Shown: one piece after another, positions 23,494-35,623 of the stretch
Layout of the letters: each line of letters begins with the position of its first letter
Position numbering within the stretch: position 1 is the first letter of the stretch
NCBI GenBank assembly: GCA_036867785.1
Contig: CP145414.1
Coordinates: 558,001-622,000, forward strand
Direction: 5' to 3'
DNA: 64,000 nt
Source of the DNA: Plasmodiophora brassicae
Taxonomy: Eukaryota
Translations under genes and position numbers: made by a program
Notes under the pieces: model-generated
What the model was told of the DNA's origin: nothing
What the model saw: the letters and a program-made list of their open reading frames with translations, nothing else
Databases searched by the model: none

Positions 23494-26400
23494 TCAGGTC
23501 GTGGCAACTGGCTCTTGCACGCCAAGGTTCTCCATGGCTACACGTGATGATGATGCTGTTTCTTGCTGACCGGCAACAGGGGACGCGGGTGCAACCACTG
23601 TCGTGTCTTGGTGGCCTGCCACTGGCGATACCGTTTGACGATCTTTCTCTGCCAATGGCGACGGTAATACTCCAGCTTCACCGCTCGGCTCTGGATGATG
23701 GTACACAGCTACCGGGGGACGTTGCTCGGCCTGGTGCGCCTCCTCCTGATGGACAGGCGACACTAACGGCTCCTGCTGTTGAGGAACAGGAACGCCTGAC
23801 TGTTGTGGCGCAGCCGCGACGGTTTCGCTCTGCTTCGGCGTCAGTTGCTCTTGAACAATGACAGGATCCGGTGGCTGAGAAACGGTTGGTTCGGCTTGTT
23901 GTCGCTCAGGCTGACGTCCCTGTGGAACAATGCACACACACACACAACGATGAGCATGCTGACAAGGCATGGAGGTGCATGACCGACCGACCTGGTCAAG
24001 GAGAGCTTCTGGAGATGGAGCATGGTTGTTTCGCTGCTGTTCCCCCATCGGCAGCGCTTGTTCCTCTTTCTGAACATCGAACGGTAAGGTCATGGAGACA
24101 GAGGGACGCCATGATTGCCGAACCTGTCCCTGCGGATGACCATGAGCGTTTGGCTGCGAGACATCGTGAGGCGCCTGCGCCTGCTCGATCTGTTGCGGAA
24201 CAAGTTGCTCTTGTGGATCACGTTTCGGTGGCGGTGCCGGCTCCTCCAGAATCTGCTGGGGGACGACGGAAGCCTCCGGCTGTGGGGCAGGCTGTTGTGG
24301 CTGTTCCGCCACAGCTTGCGCCTCCTGGATGTGATGGGAAACTGGAACGTCAGGCTGTGCAGCAGGTTGCTGCGGCTTCTCTTGCAGAGGTTGTGGAACC
24401 TGTTCCTGCTGACTATGCTGAACAGCTGGAGGGTCATCCCGAGCGGATGGCTGATGTGGTTGTTCTTGCTGAGGTTGTGGACCCTGTTCCTGCTGGTTAT
24501 GCTGAAGAGCTGGAGCCTCAGCCCGAGCGGCCGGCTGATGCGGTTGTTCTTGCTGAGGTAGTGGAGCCTGTTCCTCCTGATTGACACGCAATGGTCAAGG
24601 CACAAGCGGGACACAGCCCGGTAAGCAGCGAACCTGCTGCCGTTGAGGAGCGCGTTCGGCGTCGTGCGGAACCGGTCGTTGTTGCTCAGACGGCACCGCC
24701 TGTGAAATACTTCATCGTCAGGGCACAGTGTGTATTGGGGACGGCAATGCCATCGAACCTGAACTGGTTCTGGAGCAGGCAGAACAGCCGGTGGTTGTGC
24801 GGATGCAGCCTCCGCCACGCGTGCTCTCTGGACGCAGGGACGGAACTGGTTATTAGAAACGAAACACAACGGATAGGTCGTCCCGTACCAGGCGGGCGAC
24901 TTCGTTCTGGCTGCTCTCCAGCTGGGCTTTGAGATCTTGGATCTGTTCGCTATCCGCCTTGGCGAATTTAACGTAGGTCAGCAGCTCGGCTTCTTTCGCT
25001 GCCACCGACGCTGATTCCTGTCCAGGATCGATGAGATCCACTCTGGCGGGCGGCCATGCTGCGATAATACGACCTTGCTGAGCTGAGACTTAAGATCGGC
25101 AATCGCGTTGGCGTGCTCGGCGATCTGTGCCGTCATCAGCTGCCGCTGCTCATCCTGTTCGCGTTATGTCAGCACCCCCGACACACATCGCCGCTGGTTG
25201 GTGCGGTCAAAGCACGCACCGATGCCTGGGCGTCTCGAGCCCTCTGCGCCTGTCACACGACACAGCATTGAGCAAGCCGCCAAACGTGGGCTAATTCGGC
25301 GAACCTTTCCGTCATCCAGCTGCGTCTGCAGGTGCCCGACCTGTTCCTGCAACGCGTCCTGTAACGGGATCGTTATCCACCCGTGCCCTGCGTCCGTTTG
25401 CCTCTGTACCTTCTCCGTCTGCAACCGTTTCTGCAGCGTCAGCGACTCCTGCAGGGCCTCCTCGCCCTGCTTCTGCGACAGGCCCGACGATTCGTTCCTG
25501 GCGGCGGTCAGGTCCCGATCGAACTGCTCGGTCAGAAGCGCCTTCTGCGCCGCCAGGTCGCTGTCGAACTTGGACGTCAGCGCAGCGCGTTCGGTGGCCA
25601 GGTCGCTGTCGAACTTGGCCTGCAGCGTGGCGCGCTCCTGCTCGAACTTGACCGCCGTCTCCTTGTCGTTATCCGCTCTGGACGCAGCGGACGCTCGCTC
25701 AGCGGCCAGCTCTGCATCGAACGTCCTCTGTAGAGCCGCGCGTTCTCCAGCAGCCGTTGCCTGGGCGGCCTCGAGTTGCCTCTGGAGATCAGCAACGCGC
25801 TGGTCGCTGCTTTCCCGCTCCTGGGCCAGCGCCATGGACGCCTTCTCCAGCGCAGCGGCCTGGTCCGCCTTCAGCGCCGCCGCATCGGCTGCCGCCTTAT
25901 CCAGCTGCGTCTTGAGCGCCTCGATCTCGAGCGTCAGAGCGGCAACGGTATCGTTGCCGGCCGCCAATTGCGAAGTCAGTGCCGCCCGGGCCGCGTCCAG
26001 ATCGGCCTGCAATGCGTTGATCCTCGCGGTCGCCTGCGCCGCCTCGAACTCTCGCTTCGTCTCCAGATCCGCAATCGTCTGCCTTAGCGTTGTTTCGTTC
26101 TCCATCGCCCTGTCAAGCTCCTGTGGAACGTCAGCCGACGGGCGCCGCCACCTGACAGACGTGGGTGCGCACCTGCTTGGCGTGGTGAAGCCGCGCGTCG
26201 ACGTCCTTGATCTGAGCCTCGAGCTTCTCGCAGCGTTCGGCAACGAGCGTGGCGCTGCCGCTCTCGGCTGACAGTTGTCCCTGCAAACGCGCGATCGTCT
26301 CCTGCAACTCGCTGGACCTGGCAACCTCCTGGCGATGCAGCTCGACGACGGCGTCTTTGCCCTCCATTTGGACTCGCAACTGGCCCGAGAAGACGTCACA

Positions 26401-27708
26401 CAATCGTTGCACCGCACCGTGATAGCGCTGGGTCGAACCTGTTCCAGGTCGGCGTTGCTCTTCAACGTCATGGAGTCGATGGTGGCGGTCAGTTTCGCGA
26501 CCGTCTCGCTGTGGATCGCCGACGCCTTCCGTTCGTCGACGAGCTGCCCGGTCAGGTCGTCGAGCTTCTTCTGCAAGAGGTCGACGTTCGCCTGCGTGCG
26601 CTCCAGGTCGGACTGCTTACGCTCCAGGCTGGCCTGGAGTTCGGCCATCTGTGCCTGGAACGTCAGCTGCAAGACCTGCGACGACTTCTGGTGCTCGTTG
26701 ACGGCGTCCAGCGCCTTCTTCAGCGCCGCGTTCTCGCTCTTCTCGTCCTCCGCGAGGATCGACAGCGACGTTGCCCGATGGCGAAGGTCGTTGAGCGTCG
26801 ATTCGAGGCTAGGCGGAGACGGTCAGCGCGGGCATCCCAGAGGCGAACGACCATCGGGGCACCTTTTGTGCGCCACGAGCATCTGCTGGCGGTCCTCGTC
26901 CATGGATGACTGCAGGAGGTCGGTCTTCTCCTTGATGCGCTTGTTGATATCCTTGTCGATGATTCGTTCCTGAGCCGCCATCTTCTGTGCCAGCGCCCTG
27001 CATCTGCGTTAGGGTCACATCGGCTACGAATCGACACGCGGGCCGGTACCGGAGTCGTCTTGCTTCGTTGAAGTACGCCTTGTTCTGGATCTTCAGTTCG
27101 CGCACGTTGCTGAACTTGACCGATTCCTGGATCGAGTCGACCTTCTTCTGCAGCGCGGCGCGCTCCGCTTCGAGCGATTGCACCTTCGCGGACAGGCCCG
27201 TGCTCCGGCACTTCTCCAGGCGCAACGTCTCGAGGATTTCCGACCGCTCCACGTTGCCGCCGTTGCTCTCGACAGCATTGCGCAGCAGCGTATCGAACTG
27301 CTTGGACTGCTTCTGGACCTCCTTCTCCAGGCGAATCGTCTGCGCCTGCAACGTCGTCTTCGACTTCAGCGCCGACGCCAGCTTCTTCTTCACGACGGCG
27401 AGTTCCTCTTGATAGGACGTCAAGTCCCGGGGCTCCGAGCTCTTCTCGGCCGGCTTCTCGAAGACGGTCGACGCTAGGATCTCTTCAACGTTCTGCCGAA
27501 GACGTCTCCTGGACACGCGAGCGGTTTTGCTCGGTGGACGAACAACGCCGTCGGGTGCCGTCGCGCCCGCGATGGTCGCCGGCAACGCCATATCACCGGA
27601 AGGGTACGCGTCCGTCAGCGTCATCATACGCGAGCGGACCAGCTCCGATTCGGTCGTGGATTCGAGGGCGTAGTTCGCCGCCGTCCGCGACTTCTTGGAG
27701 CGCGCCAT
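23494..27708 (-). CDS. Long coiled-coil protein, IQCE-like N-terminus, Gln/Pro-rich repetitive C-terminus
   Basis: YQEELAVVKKKL...IRLEKEVQKQSKQFDTLL...KFSNVRELKIQNKAYFNEARRL resembles the IQCE coiled-coil region. Heptad-rich exons joined by short introns. Confidence 0.6.
24330..24580. repeat. 84-bp (28-aa) coding tandem repeat, ~3 copies
   Basis: gaggt(t/a)gtgga recurs at 24387, 24471 and 24555; encodes QEQ.PQP.QE.P.QP.A...P..QH.Q units on the minus strand. Confidence 0.85.
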
Positions 27709-27835
27709 CGTGATATCGACTGTGAACGCGAGCGTGTGCCCACCAAGATCTCCAACATACGCGATTGAGGCGTGCGTACGTACCATATCTTCATGTTACG
27801 GTGAGCAGGTGACGCAGACGGGTACGGAATATTAG

Positions 27836-28367
<532 letters not shown>

Positions 28368-28786
28368 GCCGCAGATGCGCCCCATATTTGCAGGCATCTC
28401 GTTGGCAGATTTGCGACGACTATAAAACGTACCAACACATGCTTCCTATCTTCCCTCCTGGTTATACTTCGGGGCATTTCCCGTCCTGATGTTGTGGCAC
28501 GGACCAAATGGCCTCCACCGTCGACACATGACGATGTGGGAGTCCACGTCGTCGTTTGTATCGACGCTGGTTGAACCGGGAAATGTGCTCCCCGCACTAC
28601 GATGTAAGCATTGCCGCGAAGTACAAAGATTCGGGCTTCTCCGGGTCGCCCCAATCGACGTAAGAGCCGCCTCAGGGAACGTGGCACACGCGCGCCGCGG
28701 TCCTTCGGAAGAGCCGCGCGGCGCAGTGCGGGGCGCGCCAGCGTTGCCATCCCGACGACGAGCATTCGGGCAGCGGCCAGCAGACC

Positions 28787-29492
28787 ATGTCGGACCGGTT
28801 TACGGAGAGCGCCGTCCTATCGTCCAGCGATGGCGTGTCGCTGAACGTGTCCAAGCGGGTGGATGCGCCCGTCGGCGCGCCCCGGCGCCGGATTCGGGAC
28901 GAATCCGGCCCGTCGCTCTACGAAACGTTGCAGGCACGGCGGCGATGCATGCTGGTCGCTGCAGGCGGCTGACCGACCCCGTTCCGCAGGCCACCAAGCA
29001 GGAGAAGGAGGCCGAGTTTGAAATGCAGATCACGAGAATGTCGGCCCCGCCTGGCCTCGACGAGGAAGAGGCCGAGTTCCTGAACGACGCCGTCGAGCAG
29101 GCCGCCCGCGCCGAACATATTCGCCGGCTGCAGGAATCCAAGGAACTCGCCGCCTATTCGGTATATGTATCGTCACTTGTCGCCGTCGTCGTCTGCTGAC
29201 CGCCGCCACCCGTCAGTCAGCGGTCAGCGAGATCGTTCGATCGGCACCGGAACCCGCGCACCTCACATTCACCGATGCGGGCCTAACCGCACCTGACGTC
29301 GCCGTCCCTGACGACCCCCCTGTCGTTGTCGTCTCCCGCCGACCGAAACGCAGGCCACCGTCGAAATCCCAACCCGCCCCGGGACCGAAACGCCTGGCGC
29401 GGGCCACGAAACCCTCGTCGCCGGGTCGACCAGCGGCGCCTATACTCGCTGCCCAGTACGCCAGCTCCAGCGACGACGACGATGACCAATAG
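28787..29492 (+). CDS. FAM192A: FAM192A/NIP30/Fyv6 family nuclear protein
   Basis: SLYETLQATKQEKEAEFE...GLDEEEAEFL...ELAAY N-terminal domain and acidic tail YASSSDDDDDQ*. Two introns. Confidence 0.8.
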
Positions 29493-30185
29493 TCCCTATG
29501 GGCTGGCTTCCCATTTACCAAAACTGTAAGGCACCGTTCGCCAATTACCTATTCCTGTAAACGCCAACAATTAGATCGCATGGCGTGCGGACGTTCGGTA
29601 CGACAGGGTTAGGCCGGCGACAACGAAGTCGCAGCACATCTTCATCCAACATTGACAGTGCGAGGCTCATGTGAAGGTCGTCGACAACCCATAGGCGATC
29701 TCATTGGTGCTATCGTGAACACTTCTAGCAACTACGATCCGGGCAAAGATCAACAAAGGTGACCCAGGTCCAGCACGTTGAAATCGGGACTGTTCGGCGG
29801 CTGGCACACCAACGTGATACAGGACCCATCAGGGCGGCCAGCAGCGTCTAAACGGTAGCGTCGACGACCGTCGCATGGAGCCTCGCATTGTCAATGTTGG
29901 ATGACGATCTGCTGCGGCTTCGTTGTCGCGGGCCAGACGACAGACGAGGGGGAAACCGCCGCCCTGCATTGAGCCTCGATCATGTTTCATCCGAACGGTC
30001 CCACGCCAATAGACCAACGGTCGCATCTCGTTCATACGCGAGCTCGCTTCGCCAGTACTTAACTGTAATTCTTGCATACCGAACGTCGAAGGGACGCAGG
30101 CCATGTGCGAGCTAATTGTGATGAACGCACGCCATTTGGGCTAATTGTGTGTGTGTGGCTGAGCCGGCGGCGGCATTTGGATCGT

Positions 30186-31596
<1,411 letters not shown>

Positions 31597-31724
31597 CAAT
31601 CGAGTATACATCTGTTCAAAGGACGCGCTGCCGCTGGCCGTTGCGTCCATCCTGCAGGCCGACGTGTAAGCCCTCCTTGCAACCCCGCGACGTGTCGGAA
31701 GAGGCACATCCGGACCGGGCACCT

Positions 31725-31818
31725 GACATGCATCAGGACTCGAAACGGTTTGTATCGCCGCCCCATCGGCAGACATGCACCAGGACTCGAAACGGTTTGT
31801 ATCGCCGCCCCATCGGCA
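31725..31818. repeat. 47-bp tandem duplication (2 copies)
   Basis: gacatgca(t/c)caggactcgaaacggtttgtatcgccgccccatcggca x2, one mismatch. Confidence 0.92.
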
Positions 31819-33007
31819 CCACCGCAAGACACCCGTTCCCGATCGATGTCGTGCAGCGGCTACGACCTGGTCCGGGGGCATACCTACGTAGGCAGATTAG
31901 CGGCACTGGACGCGAGGCGTTTGCTGGGTGGCTGTTGCAATCAAATGTCCTGCGCGCGCGATGCGATTCCCGACCAGCGTGCGTCGCTCGTGCAGTCTGG
32001 TGGTCTGCCGTGGTCGACACGTACGCCCGGACGACGTCGGCGCCCTCGATCGGCGACGGGCGCCGCGCAGGTGCACTCGTTGCAGCAAACGCTGACGTCC
32101 GATGACACACCTGACGCCAGCACGATCTGCCGGGCCGTTGTACGCGCGTGATGACACAGTCTTCTTCTATTGAACGGGACTGGCATGCCCGATGGTCGGT
32201 CGTCTGCGTCAGGCAGGCGTTTGCACCGTGACCGGCGGCAACGGGGCCCTGCTGGACGACCTGCAGGACAGGCAGGCGCCGGTCGCCAGGCAAACGGGGA
32301 GCTCGGTGACGCCCTCGGTTGGTCGGCCCGCCATCGACACATGGTGCAGGGCAGGGGCGCACGCGACCGATCGCAGCGATCGGCGGACGGCCAGATCGCC
32401 GCCTCAGCTTAGGAGTAGGTCGGCGCGATGCTGGACACGCCCCGCCTACCTAGGCACGACGAGTGCTGCCCTGCAGGTGCTCATGCTGGACAGACGACGG
32501 CAGGCGACGGCAGGTGTGCCCTGTCCAGCGTGTTAGAGGGCCTGCGCGCCCGTGCATCAGACGACGACTCGTGCCTGGGCTGCAAGTGCAGGGCGTTCAC
32601 GGTCGTCGTGGGTCCGTTGGGCCGTGCCGCTTATCTGCGGCGACGTCGGCGCGGGTCCAGGCAGGGGCAGACAGGCCCGTCGTCGGTGCCGTCGTCGTCA
32701 AACACATTGCCCGGGACCGTCGAGGGCATCGACGCAATCACCTGGCACGAAATACTTGTCAGGGACGCGTCCTGTCGCGCTGATCGTGACGACGTGCAAA
32801 TCATCACGATCAGCGCGACAGCGACGACCTGGCTAGGCTCTGTCGACGTGCACGGCTGCCTTACGGGCCGTTGGCAATCGGTGTCGTTACACTTCGCCAT
32901 GAGACTACCGTACCCTCAGTAGCCGGGTTCGATTTGCCGCTGGTGGTGGCGGGTCGGCTGTCCCAGATCGCACGCTTCCCCCCGTGCCCAATCGCCAATG
33001 TATTACT

Positions 33008-33433
33008 CTAGGCGTAGTTGCTCCCGACAATGCCGCTGGTCCGGGTGCGCGAGCAGAGGCTGGTGCACAGGGCCAGGCCGCCGAAGCAGCAGCAGATGCC
33101 GATCAGGATCGGCACAAGGCACCCGACGACGATCAGGGCGATGACGACCCCGGACAGGCCGTCCGTGTCGTTCCCTGCGTCGGCCTTCGTCTTCGTCGAC
33201 TTGGCCTCCTGTGGGCCGCCCGATCCGACCACACCGTCGCTGGCCGGGTCGGCGCCCGCGCCCGTGATACCCGCATCACCTGCGCCTGGCGGCACGCTGA
33301 GCTTGAGTTTCGTGTCGCCTATCTCGGCTATTAGGTTGTTGGGGTCGGCTTTGTCCACGGCGATGGCCAGATCAGCGAACAGCATGGCAACGGCAAATAG
33401 AACGGTCAGCATGGCCTTGCAGTACGACGGCAT
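33008..33433 (-). CDS. Small single-pass (type I) membrane protein with Cys-rich juxtamembrane tail
   Basis: Signal peptide MLTVLFAVAMLFADLAIA, Gly/Ala/Asp linker, TM GLSGVVIALIVVGCLVPILIGI, then CCCFGGLALCTSLC. Confidence 0.7.
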   Translation of the reverse strand: MPSYCKAMLTVLFAVAMLFADLAIAVDKADPNNLIAEIGDTKLKLSVPPGAGDAGITGAGADPASDGVVGSGGPQEAKSTKTKADAGNDTDGLSGVVIALIVVGCLVPILIGICCCFGGLALCTSLCSRTRTSGIVGSNYA

Positions 33434-33855
33434 GGTCTCGTTAGAGGGGGTTGGAAGTTGGCCGTGCAGGTAGGTAGCCTTCCGAAATAGCGAAGCGGGA
33501 CGGTTATGGCCGGTGCGTCCAGAGGTCAGCTCGCCCAGGCATCCGGACGACGAAATTGTGCTACTAATCCCTGGACCGATCCATGAGGTCACGCGCGAGG
33601 CAGAGACCTCTCGACACCGGCGGCTGGGATCGATCCGGTCGACTGATCACTGACGTCCATTAACGGATTGGCCGATCCATGACGGCAGGCGCGAGGCAGA
33701 CCCTGACACCGGCGGCAGGTCGCCCGGAGCGCCAAGCGGCGCGTCGGCCACCCGGCGAAGTGCGACTGGCGGGCGGGGGGGCGTGCCCGCTTGGGGGACC
33801 TGTATCCCAGCCTACTATGCGGTAGATAGGCTGTATCGGATCGATGTTTGCATTT

Positions 33856-34012
33856 CTCTAGGCGTGGGATGTCGGGATCGAGTTGTTTCTGCCATATGGT
33901 GGCCCATCGTCGTATTGGCGCTTGGGCGGTTGCGCGAGCATAGGCTGGTGCACAGGGCCACGCCGCCGCGGCAGCAGCTGCTGCCGTCCAGGATCGACAC
34001 GAGGCACCTGAC
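33856..34012 (-). pseudogene. Degenerate partial copy of the 3' end of the 33008-33433 gene
   Basis: 33932-34012 aligns to 33046-33126 with scattered mismatches. The 10-mer ctctaggcgt around the stop codon is also repeated at 33856. Confidence 0.7.
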
Positions 34013-34027
34013 ATATTCGTCTAGTTA

Positions 34028-34110
34028 GTCAATCATCATCAATCATCGTCAGTCATCATCATCGTCATCAATCATCATCAATCATCAGTCATTCAATTAT
34101 CATTATCAAT
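34028..34110. repeat. Low-complexity (ATC)n-like simple repeat
   Basis: gtcaatcatcatcaatcatcgtcagtcatcatcatcgtcatcaatcatcatcaatcatcag... Confidence 0.8.
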
Positions 34111-35623
34111 CTACACTACTAACACGGAAAGGCCGATCGAGCCCATCAAGTTCATGGTTTAATTGCGCGATTCCTGGCTGCACTAGACACGTTTGAATCT
34201 GAGCGCTCTGACCAATAGGGCAAACCGGTTTGCAGTTAGGCCAGTAGGAGAACGCCGAGCGCTTTGACGCCCGAATCGCTTCATAGGGTTGTCAGGGACG
34301 TGCTCTGTCGCCCTGATCGTGACGACGTGCGAGTCCTCACGACGCCATCGATCACAACAGACGAAAAAGGCAGCTGCTTGGCGATATCGTACATTTCTGA
34401 CGACTGGCTCAGCTGGTTGAACCACCGTTGGTCCGGGTGATCAAATTGTGGTCATGCGACGTCGTCGGTGACCCGATTGTTCGTCGTGTCAACCCAAGGC
34501 GAAGTTACCAGGCGATCGTCCAGCAGCACGTCTGCACGAGCATCGCGAAGTTCATTGCCGCTGAACGCGAACGGTACGACGTGATAGGATTGGCCTGACA
34601 TCGCGGGATGGCTTTATTTCTCATACCCTCATGGTAGCGGTCTCGTCGACGGGCAGCATCCGACTCTGGACATGCCACAAGACTTTCAACATCGTCTGCT
34701 GCCTCTCGAGTCCTCTGTTGACGAATCTGTACACTGGGCGAGGATGTCATTGTGACCTGCCCCGCGTTCTTGCGATGCACTTCAGCGACAACGATGTCGC
34801 CTTGAGAGTGTGGTTTACGTTCACACAAGTATCTGATGGACGCGGTTCCTGTGGCTCACGCAGGAACCATGTCCATTGCCACAGATACTTGTGTGGAATA
34901 AACCAAACCTTCAAGGCCACGTCTTTATCGCTGAAGTGGGTGGCAGCACGCGGGACAGGTCACAATGCGTTTCGTACGGCACGAAGTTGACGCGTTAGGT
35001 ATTGTGGACGTATAAACAGCACATCGCTCCGGCAAGTTCGTCTGCTCAAAGCCGGGGGCCAGCACGCGCCCGTGCCTGACCGTCGCCCCCACTTCCTACT
35101 TTGTCCAAGTCGTTCCTGCGATCGAGGGCGCCCCGGCCGCGCCGTCCTCTACTGCCGCGTTAACGGCCGACAGTGCTGCGCCGGCGAACCGCCGCCGCCG
35201 GTCCTGCTCGACCGCCAACATGCGCTTCCCGCCAGGGTCGCATATGCATGTCTTCAGGGCGGCCGAGGACGCCGGCCTGCAGGTACCGTGCGGACGGTGC
35301 AAGCGGGTCGGCACCATTCGTCCATGGCGTCCGAGCCGAAGGCCATGGACGGGTACCGGTACATCTGCGCCCATGCGCTAGACCCCTCAGCTCGCTCAGC
35401 GGCACGTCCGGCCTGACGAGCTGCCGGAGGGCCTCGAGCGCTCGCCTGCTGCAAAGCGAAGCGCTCCAGCGAGCACTGCATGTCATGGCTCGCTGAGCAA
35501 GGCTTCGAGCCTGCTGTGGCCCTGGGTGGCGGGGCGCCGGCTCAGCGCGTCGGGCAGGCCAACTCTGCCCAAATTGGCTACCTGGGGGCGTCCTCCGATT
35601 GAACCATGTATCGGGTCGTACAT

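Noticed and set aside
23871-26973. Long plus-strand ORFs (237, 387 and 232 aa)
   Set aside because: Antisense to the coiled-coil gene; Ser/Ala/Cys-rich mirror translations.
31725-31818. Possible CRISPR-like direct repeats (also 9873-9928)
   Set aside because: Only two abutting copies, no spacers, no cas genes, eukaryotic context.
34600-34990. Possible Tc1/IS630 transposase or WD40 fragment (TLMVAVSSTGSIRLW...TFN...RVLAM)
   Set aside because: Resemblance too weak; no DDE triad or terminal inverted repeats identified.
35072-35496. Possible Zn2Cys6-like remnant (RRRSCS...VPCGRCKRVG)
   Set aside because: Cysteine set incomplete and no coherent gene model.
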